Part shown: positions 48,201 to 57,110 of the stretch, in pieces
Layout of the letters: each line of letters begins with the position of its first letter
How positions within the stretch are numbered: position 1 is the first letter of the stretch
From: Oscillospiraceae bacterium
GTDB taxonomy: Bacteria; Bacteroidota; Bacteroidia; Bacteroidales; Bacteroidaceae
Direction: 5' to 3'
DNA length: 64,000 nt
Assembly: GCA_963635115.1 (NCBI GenBank)
Contig: CAVHEN010000014.1
Coordinates: 168 to 64,167 of the forward strand
The notes under the pieces: generated by a model
What the model was told of the DNA's origin: nothing
What the model saw: the letters and a program-made list of their open reading frames with translations, nothing else
The model's database searches: none
Program-made: the position numbers and the translations under genes

Positions 48201-49832
48201 TCAAGCGTTAAGTCCACAAAGTTCCTGGTAAATCTTCAGCGTCAGCTGATTCTCTTTCAGCGTGTCGCCCCAAGCCACGGGCTGCATGCCTTTCCAGCGC
48301 TCTTGCATGAACGAGGCGAGGTCGGCGAGCTCCTCCTCGGGCTTGTTGTTGCCCACTTGACACAGCACGCACGAGGCGCGGCATGCGCAGAGCTCGGCTT
48401 GGCACGTTCCCATGCCGATGCGCGTGCGGCGGCGCAGGTTTATGAGGTTGTGGACGTGGAGCTTGTCCACGGCGAACTTCACCTCGCCGGCGCTCACCTC
48501 CTCGCACTCGCAAACGAGGGCGCGGTCTTCTATCGTCTCGTGTGGGATGTCCTTGGTGAACGTGCCGTGGCGGCCAATCTCGGCTATGCGGCTTGTCGAT
48601 GCCGTGATGTCGCTGTAGATGTCGTCGTGCAACTTCGCCTTTATCTCGTTGTCGGTCTCCTCAGAGCCTGGCAGAGGCACCACGGCTGTGTCGCACTTCT
48701 TGTCGATGCCCAGCTTCTCGCAGGCGAGGTCGGCGGCCTTCTCTGCCATGAGGCGGTAGGTCATCATCTTTCCGCCCGTTATCGTGGCGAAGCCTTTCAG
48801 TCCGTCGCGTTTCTCGTGGTCGAGGAGCACAATGCCACGGCTGATGCTTCTGCCCGACGGGTCGTCGTCGGAAGCCACGAGCGGCCTCACTCCGGCGTAG
48901 GCTCGGATGATGCGTGTGGTGGCGAGGCTCGGCGCGAGGTGCATGCCCTCGCGAATCATCAGCTCCACCTCCTCGGGTGTTGCGCGCATGTCGTCGATCT
49001 GGTCGAAAGGCACGCGCGTGCTCGTCGTGCCTATCACGCATACGGCGTCGTCGGGCACGAGGATGTCGCCATTGGCGGGCTTGCGGCAACGGTTTATCAC
49101 CATGTGGTTGACGCGGTGACCGAAGATGAGCAACGTGCCTTTGGCAGGGAACATGTTTATCTGCACGCCAGCCAGTTGGGCGACGGGCTGTCCCCAGATG
49201 CCTGCGGCGTTTATCACGAGGCGGCAGTGGGCCTCGCTCTGTTCGCCCGTGCGGTTGTCGCGCAGCTTCACGCCTTTCATCACGCCATTCTCAATGATGA
49301 ACCCCACGACCTCCACGTAGGTGCGCACCTCGGCGCCATGACGCTTGGCGTCGATGATGTTGGCGGTGGTGAGGCGGAATGGGTCTATGGAGGCATCGGG
49401 CACGCGCACGGCTCCGATGAGCGTTGGGTTGACGGCGGGCTCTATGCGGCGAGCCTCTTCGGGTGATATGATGTCTGCCCTGATGCCGGCTCTCGTGCAA
49501 GCCTCGACAAATGTCTTCTGATAGTCGAGACTGTCTTCGGGGAGCGTGATGAAGAGGCCGTCGGTCTCCTCTACGCAATGGCGTGCCACTCGGCGCAGGG
49601 TCATGTTCTCTTCTATGCACTCACGTGCCGACTCCTGGTCGGTGACGGCGTAGCGGGCGCCACTATGCAACAAGCCGTGGTTACGACCTGTAGCTCCGTT
49701 GGTGAAGTCGTTCTTCTCGACAAGAAGGACTTTCATTCCGCGGCGAGCGCAGTCACGTGCAGTGCCGGCACCGGTGATGCCACCGCCGACAATAATCACG
49801 TCGTATTCTTCTTTAAAGGTCTTGTTAATCAT
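48201..49832 (-). CDS. glpA: Anaerobic G3P dehydrogenase subunit A
   Basis: GGGITG, GRNHGLLHSGARY, TGGKMMTYR, CECE..RTRIGMGTCQ..C. Confidence 0.96.
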   Translation of the reverse strand: MINKTFKEEYDVIIVGGGITGAGTARDCARRGMKVLLVEKNDFTNGATGRNHGLLHSGARYAVTDQESARECIEENMTLRRVARHCVEETDGLFITLPEDSLDYQKTFVEACTRAGIRADIISPEEARRIEPAVNPTLIGAVRVPDASIDPFRLTTANIIDAKRHGAEVRTYVEVVGFIIENGVMKGVKLRDNRTGEQSEAHCRLVINAAGIWGQPVAQLAGVQINMFPAKGTLLIFGHRVNHMVINRCRKPANGDILVPDDAVCVIGTTSTRVPFDQIDDMRATPEEVELMIREGMHLAPSLATTRIIRAYAGVRPLVASDDDPSGRSISRGIVLLDHEKRDGLKGFATITGGKMMTYRLMAEKAADLACEKLGIDKKCDTAVVPLPGSEETDNEIKAKLHDDIYSDITASTSRIAEIGRHGTFTKDIPHETIEDRALVCECEEVSAGEVKFAVDKLHVHNLINLRRRTRIGMGTCQAELCACRASCVLCQVGNNKPEEELADLASFMQERWKGMQPVAWGDTLKENQLTLKIYQELCGLNA

Positions 49833-49858
49833 TGTGGTTTTTATATATAGGTATTATT

Positions 49859-49881
49859 CTTTTGTTACGAAAGCAAAATTA
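49859..49881 (-). promoter_or_regulatory. glpA -7 box (TAATTTTG, 49874-49881) followed immediately by operator-like CTTTC-GTAAC-AAAAG
   Basis: Near-identical to 28470-28484; overlaps the predicted transcription start. Confidence 0.65.
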
Positions 49882-50054
49882 GGTAATACTGTTTATATTC
49901 CGAAACTAAAACGCGATTATTTTCTTTGGATTTGCATTATTTAACTAAATCGAAAGCCTTATAGCGTGGTTTTGTTTAGAAAAAATCAAGGATGCCTCTT
50001 TTTGGGCGCACTATGCCTTTTCGTTTGGCGGAAATCGTGGTGCCGGTTGCCTCG

Positions 50055-50158
50055 GTTTGCCTTTGCGGCACAATCGCGTTGCCTTCGCGCCGCAATCGCA
50101 CTGCCTCTGCGCCGCAATCGCGATGGCTTTGCGGCGCAACCGCATCGCGGAGATGAAA
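50055..50158 (+). repeat. 22-bp minisatellite element, copy 7
   Basis: Units at 50055, 50077, 50099, 50121 (CGTTGCCTTCGCGCCGCAATCG). Confidence 0.8.
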
Positions 50159-50290
50159 CGATGGCGGCAGTCGATGTACATGATTCAGGGAGCGTTGCCG
50201 ATACTTTGCAACTTGGTTGCGCTTTTCCCTTTATAACTTTGCGCTTGAAATCAAGATAGCTAAATGTAGGAAAGATAAACAGAACAAGAT

Positions 50291-52246
50291 ATGGACAAAA
50301 AACTGTTATGCCGTATCGCGGTTAGCGCCGTGTTGCTTTTTGTGGCTTGGATCGTTACCAAGCAGGTAGCCATGCCGATTTGGGGGCAGCTCCTAGTCTA
50401 CCTCGTGCCTTACCTTATTATATCTTATGATATCTTTGGCGAGGCCATCGAGGAGGGCATCGGCGAGCGCAATCCTTTCAACGAGGACTTCCTGATGTGC
50501 ATTGCCACTGTCGGTGCCATGCTCATAGGTTTCCTTCCTGGCGCTGACCCACAGTTTCCCGAGGCGGTGTTCGTGATGCTTTTCTTCCAGGTCGGTGAGC
50601 TCTTCGAGGATTATGCCGAGGACAGGAGCAAGCGGTCGATAAACGACTTGATGGACATCCGCCCCGACGTGGCAAACGTGGAGCGTGGCGGCGAGGTCAT
50701 GGCAGTGGACCCAAAGACGGTGGCCGTGGGCGAGACCGTGGTGGTGCGCCCTGGCGAGAAGGTGCCCATGGACGGCACGATCGTGGACGGCATGTCGAGC
50801 CTGAACACCGTGGCTCTGACGGGCGAGAGCGTGCCGCGCGCCGTGGGCGTGGGCGACGACGCACTGAGCGGCTGCGTCAACGTGTCGGGCGTGTTGCGCG
50901 TCAAGGTGGCGAAGACGTTTGGCGACTCCACCGCATCCAAGATAATCAGGCTCGTGGAGGAGTCGGCAGAGAACAAGTCGCATAGCGAGACCTTCATCCG
51001 CCGCTTCGCTCGCGTCTACACCCCGATAGTGGTGTTCCTCGCCATAGCCGTGGCATTCTTGCCCCCGTTGTTCTGCGAGAGCTATGCCCAGGGACTCGCC
51101 ACGTGGGTCTATCGTGCCTTGAGCTTCCTCGTGGTGAGCTGTCCGTGTGCTCTCGTCATCTCCGTCCCGTTGAGCTTCTTCGGCGGCATAGGCGGCGCGT
51201 CGCGCAAGGGAATCCTCATCAAGGGCGGCAACTATATGGACGCGCTCGCGAGGCTTTCCACCGTGGTGTTCGACAAGACCGGCACGCTGACACAAGGCGT
51301 CTTTGCCGTAGATGCCATACATCCTGAGGCGATAGACGCCAACGACCTACTGCACCTCACCGCTCACGCAGAGGAATACAGCACCCATCCCATAGCCTCC
51401 GCCCTGCGTGCGGCTTTCGATAATGCCACGTTCAAGGACGCAGAGTTGGGCAATGTGGGTGTGAAGAACGTCGGAGAGTTGCTCGCCGATGGTTGCAAGT
51501 TGGAAAATGTGGAGGAAATAGCCGGCCAGGGCATTCGTGCTACCGTAAATGGGCATGCCGTGAGCGTGGGCAACGTGAAGTTGATGGAGGCTTCGGGCGC
51601 CAAGGTCGCCGAGTGCGGGAAATGCAAGAACGCCGTGGGCACGATTATCCACGTGGCGCTGGACGGCGTGTATGCTGGCCACATCGTCATCGCCGACAAG
51701 GAGAAAGCCGACAGTCGCGAGGCGATTGCCGGCTTGAAGAAACTTGGCATTCGAAAGACAGTGATGCTCACGGGCGACCACGAGCGTGTGGCTGAGCGTG
51801 TGGCAAACGACCTCGGCTTGGACGAGTATCACGCCTCGCTCTTGCCGCAAGACAAGGTGGAGTGGGTCGAGCGCCTCATCAAGGACAAGCCCGACGGCTC
51901 CACGCTCGCCTTCGTGGGCGATGGCATCAATGACGCCCCCGTGCTCGCCCGTGCCGACGTGGGCATCGCTATGGGCGCGCTCGGTGCCGACGCTGCCATC
52001 GAGGCTGCCGACGTGGTGTTGATGGACGACAAGCCGTCTAAGATAGCCACGGCGGTCGGCATAGCGCGCCGCACCATTGCCAACGCTCGCCAGAATTCCA
52101 CGTTCGCCATAGCGGTGAAAGTGGTCATCCTCATCCTTGTCGCCACGGGCGCACTCGGCAGTCTTGCCATGCCTCTGGCGGTCTTTGGCGATGTTGGCGT
52201 CATGGTGCTGTGCGTGCTCAACGCCATGCGGACGCTGAGGGCGTAA
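50291..52246 (+). CDS. Heavy-metal P1B-type ATPase (Zn/Cd/Pb, CadA/ZntA-like)
   Basis: TGES, SCPCAL, DKTGT, HP, GDGIND. Confidence 0.92.
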   Translation: MDKKLLCRIAVSAVLLFVAWIVTKQVAMPIWGQLLVYLVPYLIISYDIFGEAIEEGIGERNPFNEDFLMCIATVGAMLIGFLPGADPQFPEAVFVMLFFQVGELFEDYAEDRSKRSINDLMDIRPDVANVERGGEVMAVDPKTVAVGETVVVRPGEKVPMDGTIVDGMSSLNTVALTGESVPRAVGVGDDALSGCVNVSGVLRVKVAKTFGDSTASKIIRLVEESAENKSHSETFIRRFARVYTPIVVFLAIAVAFLPPLFCESYAQGLATWVYRALSFLVVSCPCALVISVPLSFFGGIGGASRKGILIKGGNYMDALARLSTVVFDKTGTLTQGVFAVDAIHPEAIDANDLLHLTAHAEEYSTHPIASALRAAFDNATFKDAELGNVGVKNVGELLADGCKLENVEEIAGQGIRATVNGHAVSVGNVKLMEASGAKVAECGKCKNAVGTIIHVALDGVYAGHIVIADKEKADSREAIAGLKKLGIRKTVMLTGDHERVAERVANDLGLDEYHASLLPQDKVEWVERLIKDKPDGSTLAFVGDGINDAPVLARADVGIAMGALGADAAIEAADVVLMDDKPSKIATAVGIARRTIANARQNSTFAIAVKVVILILVATGALGSLAMPLAVFGDVGVMVLCVLNAMRTLRA

Positions 52247-52255
52247 AAGGAATCG

Positions 52256-52873
52256 CTAAATAACGAAACGTAGTCCGATGGCCGCCCTGCGCCAGTTGGC
52301 GTCCAGGATAAAGCGGCCATTGCCCACCACGGCTCCTTCGTGGGTTACGCCCGTTTTGCTGTAGCCTACGAAGAAACCTCGTGCGAAGACATCCAAGTGC
52401 TTGAATATCTCGCAGCTGACTCCTATGTTCAAGCCAGCTTCAAAACCATTGCCGCTTCTGTCGTACCAGGATGGGACGTTAGGTTGCCAAAGCGCTTCAT
52501 ACGAGTGCTTCACCCAACTTACTGCACCTTCCGTGAAAAATCTCACGGGACCAACCTTTGCGAACGAAAACCTTGCGTATGGTGTAAAGAAGTAGTAGCG
52601 ATTCTTTTCGTTATAGACCTCTTTGCTATCATCCCCTTCCTTTCCAAGTTCTTTTCCTAATTCAAATGACGCGCGCATTCCCACTACCCATTTGTCGTTG
52701 ATCTTATAGCCTATGCCTGGCGTTAAAATGGCAGGGTGGTGATAATATTTTATATCTCTCTCGTTGGAGAAGCCTGCGGAGAACTCTACGAAAATGCCAT
52801 TCTTCTCTTGAGAAAACGCGATGGCATGGCCTGCGCAAAGGAGAATCAAGATAAATAATAGTTTCTTTTTCAT
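52256..52873 (-). CDS. Small outer-membrane beta-barrel protein
   Basis: Signal peptide, PGIGYK, FTPYAR, C-terminal IGLRFVI. Confidence 0.65.
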   Translation of the reverse strand: MKKKLLFILILLCAGHAIAFSQEKNGIFVEFSAGFSNERDIKYYHHPAILTPGIGYKINDKWVVGMRASFELGKELGKEGDDSKEVYNEKNRYYFFTPYARFSFAKVGPVRFFTEGAVSWVKHSYEALWQPNVPSWYDRSGNGFEAGLNIGVSCEIFKHLDVFARGFFVGYSKTGVTHEGAVVGNGRFILDANWRRAAIGLRFVI

Positions 52874-52879
52874 GCCTAA

Positions 52880-53288
52880 TTAGTTTTTATAAATGAATTT
52901 GACATTGCTGCTATATGTTGTGTGATAACTTCTTGGTCGCACTGACCAGCAGGTAGCCTTGATTGTCAGCAAGGTCAACAGCAAAAAACAAGGCATTGCC
53001 TTGCTCGTCGTTATATGGAGTTATCTTGCTGACTTTTTTAGGGAAGGCACGTGTGCCTTTGCTTGAAAGGAAGATGTTGGCAACTTTGTAAGCGTCTTGG
53101 CTGCACATGTTGTCTGCCAGTCCATCGATTTTCATACTTTGTGATAGGGCAACTTCTTTGGCATTGCCATTGTCTTTGGCAACTTCGTCAATGCTGTTGT
53201 CTTGGCATGAGAAGGCTGATGCAATGGTCATTAGTGTCAGTAAGGCAGCCAATGATTTTTTAATGAACAAGTTAGTAATGTTTTTCAT
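52880..53288 (-). pseudogene. Remnant of a C10 (streptopain/interpain-like) lipoprotein protease: prodomain only
   Basis: Lipobox AFSC, A..VANIF, FAVDL..NQGYLLVSATK (I69/Spi-like), then early stop at 52911; no catalytic domain. Confidence 0.6.
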
Positions 53289-53532
53289 GGCTTAATATTT
53301 ATTAGTAAGTGCCCAAAATTAGGAAGCTTTCTTGAATAAGCATTTGTTTTTCCAAACTTTTTCTCGTTAAAACGTGTTAAGTGTCGTACGCTTTGTATTT
53401 TGAAAGCTTAAAGCTTGTTTAAAATTGGAAATTTAGAGTAAAAGCAAGGAGACTGTATGTTTTCGGAATTACCAACTTGCCTTCCTGTACTTGCAGTCGA
53501 GGCTTCTCAATCATATATCCGTATCCTTTGGA

Positions 53533-53616
53533 AGAATAATTCCTCTTTTTGACAGTCGTTTTGCCGGAATAATTCCTCAAAAAACCCCTTGTAATGCCGG
53601 AATAATTCCTCTTTTT
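53533..53616. repeat. Three (G/A)GAATAATTCCTC boxes at an exact 33-bp period
   Basis: Starts at 53533, 53566, 53599; core GGAAT-A-ATTCC is palindromic. Confidence 0.8.
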
Positions 53617-53659
53617 AGGGGCAAAAATGAAAGAAAAAGTCCTGAAGGCTTGTATTGTT

Positions 53660-55096
53660 TCAGCCTTTCTTGTGCGTCAGATAGCTGACGCATTCCTTCA
53701 TCACTTGTGCGCCGGAAACCTTCATGGCGGCGACATAGAGCAGGGTGGCGATAATGATCTTTATGAGCATGCGGAGCAGCAAGCCATGAAAGAGCGACGC
53801 CACGGCATAGGCTATGCCACAAGACGCCAATGCCGCAAGCATGAACGGCAGCAGGTCCTTGACCAGATGAAGGAACCCGTAGTCTACTATCTTCCGCGTG
53901 AAATACTGCCACGCTATCGTCCACAAGGCAATGAAAACGGAATATGCCGTGACCATGGCTATGATGCCTTGGTGGGCGAAGACGAGAATAACCGCTATCT
54001 GTAAGACAATCTGCGCGATGTTCACCCACATGAAAATGTCAGAACGCCCCTTGCTGACGATAAGCTGCTGCATGGGGAGATACACCGGAATGAAAGCACC
54101 ACTAATGCATAGGATTTGAAGGATCGTTACGCTGTCGATCCATTTGTCGGAAATAAGAAGCACGATGAACTCGTGAGCTATGATAGCCAAGCCAAACATC
54201 GCTGGAAAGACGAGGAACGCCGTGAACCGTATCATCTTGCGGAGGATGTGCAGTTGGCGGTTTTCTTCAGTCTGCGTGGAGGCGAACACCGGTTGTGCCA
54301 CTTGCGCCAGCATGCCGGAGACCAATCCCGACGCCATGTTGTTCCATTTCCAGCCTTGCGTGAAGTTGCCGACGGTCTTCACGGGGAATATCCTTCCAAA
54401 GATAACGGTGAGGATGTTTTGGCTCAACTGTGATATGATGTTGGTGACAAGTATCTTGCTGCTGAAGCCGAACATGCGCTTGACGGGCGTGAAGTCGATG
54501 TCGAGGCTGGGTCGGAAGGGCATGAGAAAATACTTGCCGATGTTTTGCATGCCAGTGTAAATCAGTTGCTGCGCAACTAGTGCCCAATAGCCCATTCCCT
54601 TGAATGCCAATGTTATGCCCACTATTCCGCTTATGGTGAGCACGACGATGCGCTGCAAAGCTATGGGCTTGACGATGAGGTTCTTGGTCAGGTATGCCTG
54701 CGGCACTATGCCCAAGGCGGACAGGGGAATGCAGATGAAGATGACGCGACACAGCAACGTCAGATTCTCTTGGTGATAGAATCGAGCTATCAGCGGTGCG
54801 CAGAAAAACAATATGATGTAAAGGCTCGTTCCCATGATCGTGGAAAACCAGAACACGGAGTTGTAGTCTTTATGCCTTGGAGCCTTGAGGTTGATGAGGG
54901 CTGACGTGAACCCGCTGTCCTGTAAGCAACTGGCAATGGCGGTGAAGATGGCCACCATGCCCACCAGCCCATAGTCGGCAGGGCTGAGCAGACGGGCCAG
55001 GAAAATGCCGATTATGGCATTCAGAATTTGCATGCTGCCATTGTTCATGGCTGCCCAGAAGAGCCCTGAGGCAGTCTTTTCTTTCAGTGAGCTCAT
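53660..55096 (-). CDS. Wzx-type polysaccharide flippase (WzxC-like)
   Basis: LARLLSPADYGL, DSGFTSALI, about 12 TMs. Confidence 0.88.
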   Translation of the reverse strand: MSSLKEKTASGLFWAAMNNGSMQILNAIIGIFLARLLSPADYGLVGMVAIFTAIASCLQDSGFTSALINLKAPRHKDYNSVFWFSTIMGTSLYIILFFCAPLIARFYHQENLTLLCRVIFICIPLSALGIVPQAYLTKNLIVKPIALQRIVVLTISGIVGITLAFKGMGYWALVAQQLIYTGMQNIGKYFLMPFRPSLDIDFTPVKRMFGFSSKILVTNIISQLSQNILTVIFGRIFPVKTVGNFTQGWKWNNMASGLVSGMLAQVAQPVFASTQTEENRQLHILRKMIRFTAFLVFPAMFGLAIIAHEFIVLLISDKWIDSVTILQILCISGAFIPVYLPMQQLIVSKGRSDIFMWVNIAQIVLQIAVILVFAHQGIIAMVTAYSVFIALWTIAWQYFTRKIVDYGFLHLVKDLLPFMLAALASCGIAYAVASLFHGLLLRMLIKIIIATLLYVAAMKVSGAQVMKECVSYLTHKKG

Positions 55097-55989
55097 GAAA
55101 ACCTTTGGTAAATTGCGTTGTTGCGTTTAATGAAGTTGTAGTGGAACACTTTCTTGCGGAGCTTGGAGAAGTTGAACTCCCAAACGAAAGCCAGCCGTTG
55201 CCACGGCGTCAGTTTCTTGTCCTCCTCATAAATCCCTGGCGGTAGGTATGTGCGATAGAGCATGGCAAGGGTGTCGAAGGCGCTGAAGTCGTGGTGCTTG
55301 CCCGTGAATATCCAGGTCTCCGCCAGCATGCGGTCTTCGCGCTCTTCGGGAGTCAATGGCCTTAGCGTGCGTAGGTAGGCCGCGCTTGCCCACCAGAAGT
55401 TGCCGGCATACATGGTAAAGACGGCAGGCTTGGGAGGATAGCGCAGGCAACCGTAAGTGTCATAGCCGGAGGACAACACGTTGGCGGCGACGTTCCATTT
55501 GTCGATGTTGAAATATTCCATCACCTCTCGCCATGCTTCCACCTTCTTCTTGAAATAGAGCCAGTGGCGGTCGCTCTTTTGCGGTCCGTGATAAGAAACG
55601 CCCTTGGTATGGAAATAATAGATGAGGCAGTCTTCCTCTTGCGCTTTCCCATACGCCGCGTCCAAGGCGGGATATTCAAATTGGTGGGCATCGGAGGTGC
55701 AAGACACTATCTCATAGCTTATGCCTTCGAGCATAATCTTCATCTTCTTTATGTCTTCCGCATGCCGATAAATGCAGCTCACCAACAGGGTCTTGGTTCG
55801 CGCGGCAAGTCCGCTCTTCTTCAGTCGCCCTATCTGCAATGGCACAAGCCTTTCCCATCCCTCAGCGCAAAACACGTGGTAGACACCATATATTGGCAAG
55901 CTGCCCGTGTATGGGTGCTCCCAACGGGTCAGGTTCTCTTTGCGGTTGATGTGGATAAGGGTCGTGCTGATGGTTTGCCAAATGCTCAT
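55093..55989 (-). CDS. Hypothetical protein, possible glycosyltransferase
   Basis: Soluble; YYFHTKGVS, YAGNFWWA, LAETWI; overlaps the wzx start (ATGA). Confidence 0.55.
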   Translation of the reverse strand: MSIWQTISTTLIHINRKENLTRWEHPYTGSLPIYGVYHVFCAEGWERLVPLQIGRLKKSGLAARTKTLLVSCIYRHAEDIKKMKIMLEGISYEIVSCTSDAHQFEYPALDAAYGKAQEEDCLIYYFHTKGVSYHGPQKSDRHWLYFKKKVEAWREVMEYFNIDKWNVAANVLSSGYDTYGCLRYPPKPAVFTMYAGNFWWASAAYLRTLRPLTPEEREDRMLAETWIFTGKHHDFSAFDTLAMLYRTYLPPGIYEEDKKLTPWQRLAFVWEFNFSKLRKKVFHYNFIKRNNAIYQRFS

Positions 55990-56063
55990 TGCTACACTAT
56001 GAAATCATTGCAAAAGTACGATATTTCCTTTGAAGGAACAAAATATAGTTGTATATTTGCAAG

Positions 56064-57083
56064 ATGAAAGCTAAAAAAGTCGTTGTCAACCAGACAATAC
56101 AGTTTAAGTCCTATTCCAAGGTGTGTGCATTGGGCAAGGCGCGCGATGACGTGAACCGCACGTTGTCGGATTGTGGCTATGACGTGGAGATAATCCTCTG
56201 CAAGCGCTATCCCGTGCCGTTTCTTTCCAACCTTATGGGCTTGCTGAAAAACGTTGCCATGATTCTCCGTCACCCGTTAGGCTCAGAGTATGTCGTGCAG
56301 TATCCCGTGTCGAGCAAGGTCATATTTCCTTGGGTGTTACGGTTGCAGCGTCTTCTTGGCAACAAGGTGACCATTCTGGTTCACGACATCCAGACCGTGC
56401 GCAACGGTCGCGACCTCACGCCGGACCTCCGTGTGTTCAGGTTGGCAAGCAAGGTTTTGACCCACACGGAAGCCATGAGCCGCTGGATTCACGACCATGG
56501 AGTGGCTACACCGACAGAGTCGATACAGCTTTTTGATTATTACACGGGCGATGACTTCCGTCCGAAGGAGCAATTGCTAAGGCAAAAAAAAGAGATAGCC
56601 TTCGCTGGCTATCTCCGTAAGTCGTCTTTCTTCACCCCATTGTCGGCTTGCGACTTCAAGGATTTGACTTTCAACCTTTATGGCAAGACTGACGGCAACT
56701 TCCACGTGTCGGGAAATGTGCGTTACCTTGGCGTCTTCGAGAGCAACCACACTGCGGCTGTCGAGGGCGGCTGGGGGCTTGTGTGGGACGGCACGTCAAT
56801 CGACACCTGTGAGGGCGAGCTTGGCGATTACCTTCGCCTCATAGCTTCGCACAAGTTGTCGTTGTATCTCGCCATGGGCATCCCTGTCATCGTATGGAAA
56901 GAGAGTGCCGAGGCTGAGTTTGTCACGCGCGAGGGCTTGGGCATCGCCGTGTCGGGTCTGAAGGAGTTGCCCAACCACATATCCGCCATCTCCGACGAGG
57001 AGTATGGCCGCATGCTTGGCCGCTGTCGTGCCCAAGGCGCTATCCTCAGGCAAGGCGGAATGTTGAAGAAGCATGTGGAGTAG
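56064..57083 (+). CDS. GT-B glycosyltransferase (Gtf3/galactofuranosyltransferase-like)
   Basis: HDI, LFDY, FAGYLRKS, GLVWDG, HKLSLYLAMGIPVIVW. Confidence 0.82.
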   Translation: MKAKKVVVNQTIQFKSYSKVCALGKARDDVNRTLSDCGYDVEIILCKRYPVPFLSNLMGLLKNVAMILRHPLGSEYVVQYPVSSKVIFPWVLRLQRLLGNKVTILVHDIQTVRNGRDLTPDLRVFRLASKVLTHTEAMSRWIHDHGVATPTESIQLFDYYTGDDFRPKEQLLRQKKEIAFAGYLRKSSFFTPLSACDFKDLTFNLYGKTDGNFHVSGNVRYLGVFESNHTAAVEGGWGLVWDGTSIDTCEGELGDYLRLIASHKLSLYLAMGIPVIVWKESAEAEFVTREGLGIAVSGLKELPNHISAISDEEYGRMLGRCRAQGAILRQGGMLKKHVE

Positions 57084-57110
57084 GGGACGATAACGTGACA
57101 CGTGACTCGT

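Noticed and set aside
53533..53616. 33-bp-period array as a mini-CRISPR
   Set aside because: The 13-bp core is too short, there are only three copies, and the spacers are partly similar
56584..56591. A8 tract in the glycosyltransferase as a phase-variation site
   Set aside because: Short, in frame, and explained by Gln-Lys-Lys codons
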